A DNA stretch of 64,000 nucleotides. Origin: an uncultured delta proteobacterium (GTDB lineage Bacteria > Desulfobacterota > Desulfobacteria > Desulfobacterales > QNYZ01). Both the position numbers and the translations under genes were made by a program. Shown one piece after another: positions 21,980 to 33,505 of this stretch. Each line of letters begins with the position of its first letter. Position 1 is the stretch's first letter. The stretch covers positions 1-64,000 of the forward strand of contig CAWJQU010000004.1 of the NCBI GenBank assembly GCA_963845145.1, in the 5' to 3' direction. The notes beneath the pieces were generated by a model, which worked only from the letters and a program-made list of their open reading frames with translations, was not told where the DNA came from and did not search any database.

Positions 21980-22281
21980 AAAATAAAAAATCTATTTAAC
22001 TATCTGAATTGTAACGAAAATTAAATATTTTGGATTATACCAAGAGTGTGCCAAATGGCGCTGCGACACAATTTGTGCCAGCGAAAAGTGTGTCATGGCA
22101 CATATGTGCGTTTAGAAAAAACGGACCAAAATAGACCCAAACCAACTAGGGCAAACGGGTTGCCATATTAAAGATAAAACGTGGTTATAAAACGGATTAT
22201 AATCGGTGAGTACCGCTAATTGAACTACAGAGCGTTAATCGATTGTTATCGAACGGGGGATTGTCCATAATCGGTAAATGG

Positions 22282-25151
22282 TTAGATTTTATACTCCTTC
22301 AAACGTCGGTACAACGTTCGGCGGCTGATACCCAGGATCTCGGCAGCTTTGGTTTTGTTCCATTGGGCTTCTTTGAGCGCGGTTAACAGCGCTTCCTTAT
22401 CGTCTGCAGGGGTAGGGGTGGGTAAGGGCGGGTTTTCGTCCATCAATGATAAAAAGGATGAGTCGAAAGATAGGTCATGACCCGGAAAATCAGATGGCAA
22501 ATCATCTTCAGTGATGGTTGTCTTTTTACTCAGAATACAGACATGCTCCAGGGTATTTCGCAGCTCACGGATATTCCCCGGCCAGTGATAGGCCATCAGG
22601 ATGCGCAGAACCTCCGGATCGATGTCGTTGATCTGTTTGTCCAGTTCCTCGTTAAATGTCTCCAGAAAGTGGTGAATTAATAAAGGGATATCTTCCTTGC
22701 GTTCACGCAAAGGCGGCAATTTGATCTCCACAACCTTTAGGCGGTAATACAGGTCCTGACGAAAGGTACCTTCTTCGACCCTTTCCAGGAGTTTCTGATT
22801 TGTGGCTGCGATAACCCGAGCCTTCATGGTAATCGTGTTCGTGTCCCCCAGTCGCTCGAACTCACGTTCCTGAAGGACTCTAAGGAGTCGTTTTTGAAAG
22901 TTTAACGATACATCCCCGATTTCGTCGAGGAGAATAGCGCCATTGGCGGCCTTTTGAAAGCGGCCGATCTTATCTTTGTCTGCCCCGGTAAATGCCCCTT
23001 TCACATGTCCAAACAGCTCGCTTTCCAGAACGCTTTCCGACAATGCTGAGCAATTGACTTTGACGAACGGATGATTTTTGGCGTTGGCTGGTTTTATGCA
23101 GTGCCTCGGCCACCAGTTCCTTGCCGGTGCCGCTTTCGCCGGTAATCAGCACCGTGGCAGAGACGTCGGCCAGATCCTGTATGAGAGCGTAAATGCCCTG
23201 CATGGATTCGCTTTTGCCAATTATTTTTCCGAATCGATTCCCGCGTTTAATATCCCCTTTTAAATCAGCCAGAATCTTCCGGCTGCGGTGCAGCTCAACA
23301 TTTTGCCGTTCCACCTTTTGTTCAAGTTGCATTTTATATGCGTTTAGCTCGGCTTCGGCCCGTTTGCGTTGTTCGACCTCCTGTTCGAGTTTAACGTTGG
23401 TTTTCAATAACGTTTCGGTCTGTCCTTCCAAATCGGTAAACAACCTGGCGTTTTCGATGGCCATGGCACTCTGATTGGCAAGTGTTTTAAAAGCAGAACA
23501 TCCTCATACTTGTAAATCTTTACCTGATTTTTTCTTCCCCAAAGCGATAAACCCGGAAAGGCGATTTTCATAGATCAAGGGAACGATAAGATTGGCTTTC
23601 AAGCGTTGAAATGTCTTTTTGCAAGCTTCACGATCAATAGCAAAAAGCGGGTTTTCATCGATGTCATAGCGGGTCATTTCCCGTTTTTGATCGGCGATTT
23701 TTTGGATTAAAGGTTCTTTGGACTGGCAAAGATAATACGGAACAGCCATCGGTTGCGCATTCGTAAGCGTTTGTCTCCCTGATTTAAAAGCATGACATAA
23801 CTCGTACCGGCATACAAAACGTTTTCGGCGATGTCGCGCATAAACGCCACAACCTGTTCAATGTTGAGCAAAGATCGCATAGCCGTACTGATGCGCGACA
23901 CCATTTCTCTATAATCGAAATCCATACGAAAAAAAATATGGTCCACATAAGATTGAAAGCGTTTTCGAATAAAGCCGAACGAAAACATAACGACCAAAAT
24001 AATCGGATAAAAATAGAAAATGAGATTTTTCTTGCCATAAATCACCTAAAAACCAGGAAAGTATAATGATAACTAAAAAATAGAGTAGAACAATACCGAT
24101 CGTTAATAACAGATAACCGAATGTTTGCCTGATGGCAGCGGTTATATCAAACAGATTGTGTTTGACGATCGAATACCCAATGGATAAGGGGAAGATTAGC
24201 AAAAATGGCAAATAGTAGAGAACATTTGGAAAAAAGAATAAGTGAAATAAAGAATTTAAAATTTGATCTAATAAAGGAACGATAAATGATAAACCAGCTC
24301 CAAATAAAATCAACTTTGATCGAATTTTAACCATCTCCGATGACGATCAATCCAATAATAAAAGCAAGTTGAAATAAAAAAAATAATGGCAATCAAAAGG
24401 TAAGCAAGGAAAAGAATAAACCATCTTTGCGGAATTCCCGTCATGGCTTGTGAAGCAGATCGTAGGAAAATAAATAAAATTATGGATAGAAAATATGGCA
24501 GCCCTTGCCAATATGCCGATCTTTTTCCGAATATTCCATTTTTCAGGAAAATTTATAGATAAATGGATGAATACTGCAGGAACAGTTGAAAAAATCAGTA
24601 TTTCAATAGTGCTGAACCAGCCCGGATTTAATTTGCTTACCTTATTTAGGAATAGGAAAAACAGGCCTAAATTTATACAGAAAAGTAAAAAAACCCAATT
24701 GATATTTAGGTGCGGTTTCATTAAAAAGACCAGCACGCCAATCGCAATATAACAAAGACCCACTAAAAATGGGATGCCACTTCGATAAAAGGCGTTTTTA
24801 AATCCTAATGCTATATTTGGGATGGATATTTCAGTCTGTACACCGTTTCTTTCAACGATGTATCTATTTATTCTCCCTTCACTTTTTTGAATTGCACTAC
24901 GAAAATCTGCGATGTTTGAAAATGGCTTCCCGTTTATTTTTATAAACCTGTCGCCAATGATCAAACCCGCATCACGCCCAGGTTTTGTTAAACCACCGAC
25001 TGTATTGACTCCGGTAGCGGACTGAAAAACATAACCATAATCCGGAATTGCTGACCATTTCACTATATTGTAAAAAAAAAGTAAAACGACAAAAAGTGCA
25101 TAAATAATAATAATACCAAAAGCTATATTTGACAGCTTTTTTCTCTTTCAA
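22282..25151 (-). pseudogene. Membrane-anchored sigma54 enhancer-binding protein (PDZ-like + multi-TM + GAF + AAA+ + Fis HTH), split by frameshifts
   Basis: Fragments: AGLIIGDRFIKINGKP (PDZ), hydrophobic TM blocks, IVPLI...GFIALG.KKSG / AIENARL (GAF), [36 protein letters not shown]. Confidence 0.8.
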
Positions 25152-26734
25152 AAAAATCCATTTTTGTTTTCCGGTCGGAGGTAGGCATAGCATAAACAGA
25201 TAAGAACAAAAGCGATTGATATCCAAACGATCATGTCCCCATATCGCGTATAGATCGTCTTTGATTTTAAAGGCGAAACATAGCCGTAACCAATCCCACG
25301 AATGAAAGTTTCGCTACCACTTACATTTTTAACCCGATCAGAGATGTTACCATGCGGGTCAATGATACATGAAATCCCTGTATTTCCACAACGAACAACA
25401 TAAATGCCGTTCTCAACCGCTCGAAAAACACTGATTGCAAGCAACTGATACGGAGCGGCTGTTTTTCCAAAATGAGCTTCATTTGTAATATTAACTATAA
25501 ATTCTGCGCCTTGCTTGACAAATTTGCGAACTACATCCGCAAAAATGTTCTCCCAGCAAATTGTAGTCGCAAAACGAATGTTAGGCATTTTAAACACTGT
25601 GAACTTATTTCCTGGCGTATACTGACCCAAGGTGGGTACATTTATAAATGACCACGGGATAACTTTTTTATACGGTAGGTATTCACCAAACGGAAATAGT
25701 TTTATTTTATCATAACGTTGCCATTTCACGTAGTAGGAATCAGGAAAAATTAAAACACTTGAGTTATAATATTTATACTTATTGTCCCCGGTCGCTTTAA
25801 ACTTTTGACCTTCCGCACTTCCTGTCAAAATAGGTGCAAATGATTTGTTGGCAAGGTTTTCAGTTCAGATCGGAGGTATCCACTTTGCAAGACAGATCTG
25901 GGCGTAGCCGTTTCGGGCCAACGATCAAATTAGGTTTTTTTAGGGCTGCTTCTAAAGTAAGGTCGTTATAGATTCTCCTTATTTTCCGACCATACTCGGG
26001 ATCCCACTTTTTTTCCTGATCAATATTCCCCTGTATTATGGCAATAGAGGTTTTTTTCCCGTCGATAGGACTATATGAAATAATTAGCCCATATATCAAA
26101 GTAATAGTGATCAGCAATATTGATGCAATTACTAAAAATCTATTGGGTTTTTGTTTAAAAGGGGATTTTAAAGGCGGATCAGTAGTTATCCACTTTCTAT
26201 AAATTGGATAGATAAGCGAAACGGTCGCTGAATTGCACAGTATAATTAAAAAGCTGATTCCGTATGTTCCTACAATTGAAGTCGCTTGAATAACAACTGT
26301 GTATCGATACTGAGTATGGCCAATGATTCCCAAGGTAAAGCCATAAAGGACAAATTTGAACGTAAGTACTCTAGCGCTACCCAAGTGAACGGTGCAACGA
26401 ACAAACCGAAAGATTGGCCATATCGAGAGCTTAGAAGTGTATAGATAAAACCAAAAATACCAAAAAAAAGACCCAAATATGAGACGAGTAAAGCATGGTG
26501 CAGTAGCGTATATTTTGGAACTTGGAGTATCCAGTGAAAAATTCCTGAAAAAAAAAGGATACCACATACGGTAGACAATAAAAAACTTTTCAGCAAACTT
26601 TTCCCAGAGATTGCTAAAAGTAATGGGGCTATTCCGAACCACGTAAGATAACAAAGATCATAGTTTGGAAATGCGCTCACAAGAAGTATGGCTGAAAGTA
26701 ATGCTAATGCGGGTTCTGCAAATTTTCTGCCCAA
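25148..26734 (-). pseudogene. lnt: Apolipoprotein N-acyltransferase, split by frameshifts
   Basis: SAFP, WVALEYLR, QGNIDQ..KW, YNS, YDKIKLFPFGEY, ICWE, NITN.A.FG, RAVEN, GNTGIS. Confidence 0.85.
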
Positions 26735-26797
26735 TCCTTCGCCAAGGTGCCTTCCTCTGACTTAATGGAAAAATCGCCTTAAAGATTATTTCAATTT

Positions 26798-27334
26798 CTA
26801 CTCTTGGATATTTGAGACAACTCGAATCTTTAGATTCCCGGAAATCCAACTCATTGCCGGCGAACTTTGACAGTTGGTACGCTCCATCACAGTCAAACCG
26901 CTGATAACAGGAATCCCTACAAGATCGAAGGCCTTACCGATTTCCCACATGCACGGGGCATATTTATAATCTGTTTTTATGTGCTCAGCACTGTAGGCGC
27001 AAAGAAGTTTTTCCAGGTTATCCGGTTTTTCAAAGTCAAACAACCGCCTAATTATAATTTCTTTTTTTTTTGTTTCATTCTCGGTGAAATATGGTCTTTC
27101 ACAATCCAAATGTATCTTTACGATTAAGTTATCCTGGTCGGGCCCTTCGCTATGTTCATAGGCTGCGATAAAAGAACATTGAATTAACGGGCTGTCGTTC
27201 GTAATCTCAGCACTATCTACCGCGTTTTTACAAACTTGGTCAGGATCTGGCCCCCCAGCACCGGTTGATACACCCTGGGAAATAAGAACAAAGCCGAGAA
27301 CAAATAATCCGATTAATATCATTTTTTGTTTCAT
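26798..27334 (-). CDS. Secreted Cys-rich hypothetical protein
   Basis: GGAGG RBS, signal peptide, six Cys. Confidence 0.7.
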   Translation of the reverse strand: MKQKMILIGLFVLGFVLISQGVSTGAGGPDPDQVCKNAVDSAEITNDSPLIQCSFIAAYEHSEGPDQDNLIVKIHLDCERPYFTENETKKKEIIIRRLFDFEKPDNLEKLLCAYSAEHIKTDYKYAPCMWEIGKAFDLVGIPVISGLTVMERTNCQSSPAMSWISGNLKIRVVSNIQE

Positions 27335-27353
27335 CTTTACCTCCTAGTTTTAA

Positions 27354-28367
27354 TTATTGGTTTGGTCTAATTATCAACGGGTTCGGGAGAGCCGGCTGGT
27401 CGGTCAAAGTATAGGGGATACGAGGAATGTCATACTTAATTACAAGAATATTCTGACCTCCAAAAATTGGCATTCCGTTTTTTAGCTTACCTGTGATTGA
27501 TACAGGGTAAGTTTTCCCTGGCTCTAAACGTCCAAGGTTCTCAAGGCAATCATCAACATCTGCAACCGTAAAAAACCAATCGGGTTTCCAACTCTCAGCC
27601 TTCAACTTGACTTTTCTATTCCAATAAAAAAAATCTCGATCATAATCATCCAGGCTATTTCCAGTATCGTATTTTAACTCGATTCTTACATGATTCACTT
27701 GGTTGTCATTCTGATCTCTTAGTCGGTATTTCGTTCTTTTAGAATTTTCATCCCAAATACGGGATACTTTCCATTTATCGGGAATGATTTTAACTTTTGT
27801 CCCGCCATCAATGAAGAAATGTTTTTTTTCCGAATTCAGAATGCCAGTCCAGCGCCGACCGCTAATATCGCAAATGTCTTCATAGAATACCACCGTAGAA
27901 ATCTGAGCTTGAACAAAATAAAGGCCGGGTAAAACAAGGGGATAATACTGTCTAATATCCTCAAGCAATTGATTTTTATTATCGTAATTTTGGGATAAAA
28001 CCTCACAAGGTGCGACCCGAACAGGCTCGTTTTTATATTTGACGTAAGGTAATGGCAAATGATATGAAGGTTTGTGGCCGTGTTGCTCTAATGGTCGTTT
28101 AGGAAGAATCAAATTTCCTGCGGGATCTATTACCTTTAGGTCTAAATGAAAATTACGGGATTTAAATCCTCGGCTAATCAATAGGGGACCATCAGATGCG
28201 TTATATACTCGAACATTTATCGGTACGGATTCTCCGTACTGATAGACCTGCTGATTATTAATAAATAACAGATCAACATTAATCTCTGGGATAGCCCATA
28301 CGATATGCACTGGTAATATTATCACTAGTGCGATTAGAAAAGTATGGGTTAAATATCGGGATTTCAT
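27354..28367 (-). CDS. Secreted hypothetical protein
   Basis: 337 aa ORF with a signal peptide, at operon spacing. Confidence 0.7.
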   Translation of the reverse strand: MKSRYLTHTFLIALVIILPVHIVWAIPEINVDLLFINNQQVYQYGESVPINVRVYNASDGPLLISRGFKSRNFHLDLKVIDPAGNLILPKRPLEQHGHKPSYHLPLPYVKYKNEPVRVAPCEVLSQNYDNKNQLLEDIRQYYPLVLPGLYFVQAQISTVVFYEDICDISGRRWTGILNSEKKHFFIDGGTKVKIIPDKWKVSRIWDENSKRTKYRLRDQNDNQVNHVRIELKYDTGNSLDDYDRDFFYWNRKVKLKAESWKPDWFFTVADVDDCLENLGRLEPGKTYPVSITGKLKNGMPIFGGQNILVIKYDIPRIPYTLTDQPALPNPLIIRPNQ

Positions 28368-28379
28368 AAGTTGTTTTAT

Positions 28380-29975
28380 TTAATGAGATAAATTTAAAAT
28401 GATTCCATGTGCCTTGACATCAGATTTGTGTGTGCAACATTCGCGATAGGGGTGCGCGTCATCGGGTTCACAAGTCGGATCGCTTGTACCGAACCCATCT
28501 AATGACCAATCAACAATAGAACCATACATTATGCAGTTTGGGTTTGCGCAGTGAACACCTATGGACGCCCCCAATAAGGCGTGTCCCATCTCATGTACAA
28601 TCGTTCTTTTTAACACTTCATCTCGTGAATAGTCTTGCCCTTGGGTAGCATAAACGTCGGTGATTGTGCCATTGGAATTAAGAATAATTGGATTGAACTC
28701 CACTGTATCGTCATTATTCAAATTCATCGTACTAAAACAGCTATCGCCTTGGCAATCTCCACATTGCCTATTTCTTCTTAATATATTGCAATTAGTGGTT
28801 ACGGGATCTTGATTTTCTTGTAGTGCTGAATAGGCTCGCTCTTTTAAATATTTGTCAAGAGGATATTGATAGATTAGAGGTATATAATAGTTGTGATGCA
28901 TAACATTTGATGGCGTAAAACCTTTCGTGCTCCATGTCCAAGTGTAGGAATCAATTTCTTCTGTTCTTTCTGGTGTCACAACAATGGTTTTTATTGACGC
29001 TGTACTTAAGTGCGTGTGACCTCTATATTGAGTGTCATCGCAGAAAGTATCACAATAACTGTCGGGGTGTTTTAATACAATGTTCATAATGCTACAGGGT
29101 AGTTTGTTATTTGGCAGATCAGAAAGGTCTGGATTCGAATTCGTTGGGTCATAGTTAAAGTATTTGAACTCGGAATATAATTGTGGATATGTGTTGGGTG
29201 CGCATGAGTCGGGAAGAGTTGGTCCTGAATGACATCCAATAATCACGATTTCAATTCCGGATTCCACAAAGGTTGGGATATGGGCGATGCAACGATTCTT
29301 GCAGGAATCTTCAGGTTGTGGGAAATGCTTCTGGATGAATTCATCCCAGTACCTTCCTTTTATAAGCCCAGCCTCATCAGTGTATTCAATAATAGGTCGG
29401 ACGAATAGTGTTTTTTCCTGTTTGCTCGTTCCGATCCTGTCTTCTACGATATCGGTAATGCCGTCACAGTCCTGGTCAAAATTATCGTCATCATTTTCGT
29501 TTTCATTGCATATCCAGGGGTAACCTCCTGTTATGAATGTAGCTTCCTCAGACGGGTGGCTTTGTAAAATATTGCTGCCGTTGTTTTCGAACTCGCGATT
29601 AAGAAACAGATTGAGATCGTTTTCAGATGCATCATATACAGTTGTTACCGTCCACTTGTATTGAGTGTTTATTTCCAGCCTTTTAACATTTTCTCCCTCA
29701 ACATATGGAACATCATATAAATTATCAGTAATGATATTGGAAATGAAAGGTCGTCCATCCTCAACTCTGGTCACTTTTACCCAATATTTACAGCTTGCAC
29801 CTTGAAAATTATCGCAGGTAGATTCCCATTGTAATCTTGGCGTTGTGTTTTCAACAGTGGTGTTTTCTATAGGGCTATAAAGCTGGGGGCCTGGACTCTG
29901 TGCCAAAGCAATAGAGCTAATATTAAGACATAGGGCCATGTTAAGAAAAAGAAATTGGAAATATAATCGTTTCAA
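28380..29975 (-). CDS. Secreted Cys-rich zinc metalloprotease (metzincin, archaemetzincin-like motif)
   Basis: Signal peptide, N-terminal Fn3/Ig-like segment, DQDCDGITD Ca-binding-like loop, HEMGHALLGASIGVHCANPNCIM. Confidence 0.7.
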   Translation of the reverse strand: MKRLYFQFLFLNMALCLNISSIALAQSPGPQLYSPIENTTVENTTPRLQWESTCDNFQGASCKYWVKVTRVEDGRPFISNIITDNLYDVPYVEGENVKRLEINTQYKWTVTTVYDASENDLNLFLNREFENNGSNILQSHPSEEATFITGGYPWICNENENDDDNFDQDCDGITDIVEDRIGTSKQEKTLFVRPIIEYTDEAGLIKGRYWDEFIQKHFPQPEDSCKNRCIAHIPTFVESGIEIVIIGCHSGPTLPDSCAPNTYPQLYSEFKYFNYDPTNSNPDLSDLPNNKLPCSIMNIVLKHPDSYCDTFCDDTQYRGHTHLSTASIKTIVVTPERTEEIDSYTWTWSTKGFTPSNVMHHNYYIPLIYQYPLDKYLKERAYSALQENQDPVTTNCNILRRNRQCGDCQGDSCFSTMNLNNDDTVEFNPIILNSNGTITDVYATQGQDYSRDEVLKRTIVHEMGHALLGASIGVHCANPNCIMYGSIVDWSLDGFGTSDPTCEPDDAHPYRECCTHKSDVKAHGIILNLSH

Positions 29976-30406
29976 TCGTTCTTCCTACTGATATTTCGCG
30001 TTAGTTATAATTAGTAATACTTGCTAATAAAATTGCGGCGAAATGAGGATAATGAAATGATTCGATACTGTGTGTATTCAACAATTGAGGTTTTTAAATT
30101 TATTGTTATTTAACTATCGAATGATGAATTTCACCCGATTAGTGAGTTGGAAAAATTGTAATATGGGAGGAGTTTTTTACCGTTATTTAACTGAAATGAT
30201 AGATATATTAGTTAAAGAAAAAAAGCAAATAAAAAAAGTATGGATGATTTAGATATTTATAAGCCATGGTAAAATTTTGGACCTAAACAATCAAACATAG
30301 ATGGCGCCCGTTCAGTGTCCACGTGTTTATAAAATAATCATCGGAGTTCGGTGGTGGCTATAAATACAACATTTTCGCATAGAGCATTGTCAAGATGTGG
30401 TTTGAA

Positions 30407-30960
30407 TTATCTTGAAAGATCTCTGTTATTTTCCAGCCAGGCCCCAAAGGCGTATATGGGGATCGATTGAATTCTGCCATGGGTTTGAAAATTATCAAGA
30501 GAGACTTTGATTCCATTGGGTATCTCGGGTTGGCTGTTTAATAGTAAGTGCAAGTTTTTCAATTTTCCGGCAACACCAGCCTTGACTTCAATGGGGATCA
30601 CGCCTTGGTTGGCGTCAACCATGTAGTCCACTTCAGCGGTGCGTCCCCGCTTAAAATTCGTAGTTGCACGTATTTCCTGACCCACAAATTGTTCAGCAAC
30701 CGGTCCTGCGTTAATCAGGCTGTAACTATCTATTATCCAGTTGATGAAGCGCTTCAGGAAACGGCTTGTGAACAGGATGTGTTCTTATTTCATTTAAAAG
30801 CAGCTCATTGCCTGAATTATGCAGAAATTCCGCAAATGACAGAGACCCCAGATATCGAAATGTTACTCGGCTCACAGGAACTGAAATTTTTTCAAGAGTA
30901 AATTCGAGCAGCGAGCCGGCGGTAATGATATGTAAAACCGGCATTTCTTCATAAAAATCG
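30407..30960 (-). pseudogene. Remnant of AAA_14/DUF4143 ATPase
   Basis: LHIITAGSLLEF....SVPV.RV and AEVDY.......PIEVKAG; most of the gene is missing. Confidence 0.7.
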
Positions 30961-31162
30961 GGATAATTATAATCTGAAATGAACGATTATCAATGCTATT
31001 TGGATCAAAAATGACTCAAAAATTGGGTTGCTTGTCATTTTTTGGTGATGTGTTGTTCTTAAAATAATCGATAAAGGACGCATGATTTTTGCTTAAATAG
31101 ATCATCACCAAAAAAGGTCGCCAATAGTTGACTTAGTCCTTAGTCTGGTTTAATATGAGTAC

Positions 31163-31426
31163 GTGCTGGTGAAAATGTCAAATATAGGTGCCGATATGAT
31201 AACCGTGAATACCCACGAGGCCAAAACCCATCTATCCAGACTGTTGACCAGGGTGAGCAGCGGCGAGGAAATCATCATTGCTAAATCGGGGAGGGCTGTG
31301 GCTAAACTCGTGCCGATTAAGCAAAAGACGCTTAAAAGAAAAAGTGGTATCGATAGGGGAAAGGCCCGGATCGCTGATGATTTTAACGCTCCGCTTCCGG
31401 AGGAAATTCAAGCTTATTTTGGATAA
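31163..31426 (+). CDS. Phd/YefM antitoxin
   Basis: VNTHEAKTHLSRLL.RV..GEEIII...G..VAKLVP; start probably ATG ~31196. Confidence 0.9.
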   Translation: MLVKMSNIGADMITVNTHEAKTHLSRLLTRVSSGEEIIIAKSGRAVAKLVPIKQKTLKRKSGIDRGKARIADDFNAPLPEEIQAYFG

Positions 31427-31432
31427 GGGGTT

Positions 31433-31843
31433 ATGAAAAACAGGGGTTACCTGCTGGATACACATTGCTGGTTGTGGTGGCATATTGAGCCCGAGAGACT
31501 CGGGAAACGAATGATTAACTTACTTGAAGATGGTACGACGAATGTTGTATTTTCTGTCGTCAGCGGTTGGGAAATCGTCATTAAACATTCTCTCGGGAAG
31601 TTGACTCTTCCTTACCCACCTTACGAATATATACCCAAGCGTTTGGAAATCAGCTATATGGAGGTGTTGCCGATTCATCTCGAACATGCGCTACAGGTAC
31701 AGCGGCTTCCAAATCACCATAAAGATCCCTTTGATCGGTTAATCATTGCCCAAGCAATAGTGGAAAATTTAATTATCATCTCAAATGACAGCAAATTTCA
31801 AGCATATGATGTCCAGGTTTTGGAATCATCACTATCCACTTAA
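31433..31843 (+). CDS. vapC: VapC PIN toxin
   Basis: LLDTH..LW, S.WEI.IK, HKDPFDRLIIAQA. Confidence 0.92.
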   Translation: MKNRGYLLDTHCWLWWHIEPERLGKRMINLLEDGTTNVVFSVVSGWEIVIKHSLGKLTLPYPPYEYIPKRLEISYMEVLPIHLEHALQVQRLPNHHKDPFDRLIIAQAIVENLIIISNDSKFQAYDVQVLESSLST

Positions 31844-31926
31844 TCGTTTTTCATCGTTTCTGGAAATCATCAAGAAAATACGATAAGGTCGTTATAAATG
31901 TTGAATTTGGATAGCGAACATCTCCC

Positions 31927-32838
31927 ATGAATCTCAATCAACTCAAAATCTTCTATCTGGCGTCCAAAAAAGGCAATCTCAGCCAGGCGGGCAGGGTGTT
32001 AAATATCACCCAACCGGCGGTGACCAAAGCGATTCAACGGCTGCAGAATTTTTATGATATAAAACTGCTTAATCGTTTTGGCAAAAAATTGGTGTTAACC
32101 GATGCCGGGCAGACGCTTTATGAGATTGCCGAGAAGATTTTTGATCTGGAAGCTCAGGCGGAAGAGGGGATTCGGGAATTTAAAAAGCTCAGGATGGGGC
32201 ACATTCGAATCCATGCCAGTGAAAGTTTCGGTGCCTATTATCTTCCCTCGATAATCAACCCTTTAAGCAAGGAGCATCCCAGCGTCCGCATCTCGGTCAG
32301 CATTTTTCCCACCGAGAATGTCATCGAAAATGTGGCCAATTTGAAAAACGATGTCGGCTTTGGGTCTTATCCCGCCACTCACGAGAAGGTCGTCAGTCGC
32401 GAAATCTTAGAAGACAAGTTGGTTTTCGTTGCCGCACCGAATCATTTGCTTGCGAATAAAAAGCGATTGACGGTCATGGATCTGGCCGGGCAGTCAATGA
32501 TTGTCCATGAAAAAGGATCGGTGCCGTCCGAGGCCATTGGTCAATTTATTCGAAAAAATAAGATTGATATCCAAATCCCCATGGAGCTGTCCTCAAATCG
32601 GGCAATTATCAAAGCTGTGGCCGAGGGGTTGGGTATTGCCCTGGTGTCGCGCAACGTGGCCAGAGAAGAGATCTCTACGGGTAACATTGTCGTGCTGCCG
32701 TTTCCTGGTCCGCCCTTGATGCGAAGCTTCTACCTGATTCATCACAAGGATAAGTATATTTCCGAAGTCTTAAAACGGTTAATAGATCGTGTGGATGCGT
32801 GGGCGATCGAGTATACGCAGTGGCTGGATGACAGGTGA
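31927..32838 (+). CDS. LysR-family regulator (CysL/CmpR-like)
   Basis: MNLNQLKIF...S.A...L.ITQPAVT.AI..L HTH; convergent with the phosphonate cluster. Confidence 0.93.
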   Translation: MNLNQLKIFYLASKKGNLSQAGRVLNITQPAVTKAIQRLQNFYDIKLLNRFGKKLVLTDAGQTLYEIAEKIFDLEAQAEEGIREFKKLRMGHIRIHASESFGAYYLPSIINPLSKEHPSVRISVSIFPTENVIENVANLKNDVGFGSYPATHEKVVSREILEDKLVFVAAPNHLLANKKRLTVMDLAGQSMIVHEKGSVPSEAIGQFIRKNKIDIQIPMELSSNRAIIKAVAEGLGIALVSRNVAREEISTGNIVVLPFPGPPLMRSFYLIHHKDKYISEVLKRLIDRVDAWAIEYTQWLDDR

Positions 32839-32896
32839 TGGGGAGTCGGCGTGTTTGGCGGACGATGTCGGCCGAAAGCCGTGGGGGGCGATAGTC

Positions 32897-33505
32897 TTAA
32901 TCCGCCGTTTGGATCGCTTTGTTGGGAAAAAGGTCCGCGATTAGATTGGCGGCGAGTTGTTTGTCGCAGACACCGTACGTGTCGCTTGTGCCGTAAATGA
33001 TAATATCTCCCTGTTCATTAAATTCGACCCTGGCGCCGCCGGCAGGTGTGACGGAAACATTCTCAAAGCCCAGATCCGTCATCTCTTCAATGGTGTTTTT
33101 CAATATCTCATGGTGCCAGTCATCCCCCGAGCGGAGGCAAACCCATTTGCCGCCATGGTCGTCACCGACGATAACCAACAAGATTTTGCCGTAATAGCCC
33201 GAAGGGAGATCTGCCGGGCGGATCAGCTTTTCCGGATCGAAACCGTGGTCCCTGAAAATCTCGAGGGCTTTTAGACGGCGCTGCAAGCGACAGACACTTC
33301 GCATCTCTCCACAGGCCCGAGCCGTGTTTATGTTTCCAACCAGAACCGCGATATGTTTGTCGATTAGACGCCGATCCGGAACGGTATTTGTTTGGTTATA
33401 ATAGCTCTGAATCGATTCCAGCCGTCCTGCATTAAAGAGGGTCTCGATACGATTGTCGTTGATACGATTGTGGTCGTCATTTTCCATCCCGGCCCTCCCA
33501 TCCAA
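32897..33505 (-). CDS. Protein with C-terminal Janus/Ocnus (PHPT1-like phosphohistidine phosphatase) domain
   Basis: GKILL..CLRSG..WHHEI..GGARV..IYGTS..YG..FP parallels PHPT1 FKYVL..VRG..YHADI..GGGRI..VYGYS..YG..YP. Confidence 0.6.
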   Translation of the reverse strand: MDGRAGMENDDHNRINDNRIETLFNAGRLESIQSYYNQTNTVPDRRLIDKHIAVLVGNINTARACGEMRSVCRLQRRLKALEIFRDHGFDPEKLIRPADLPSGYYGKILLVIVGDDHGGKWVCLRSGDDWHHEILKNTIEEMTDLGFENVSVTPAGGARVEFNEQGDIIIYGTSDTYGVCDKQLAANLIADLFPNKAIQTAD

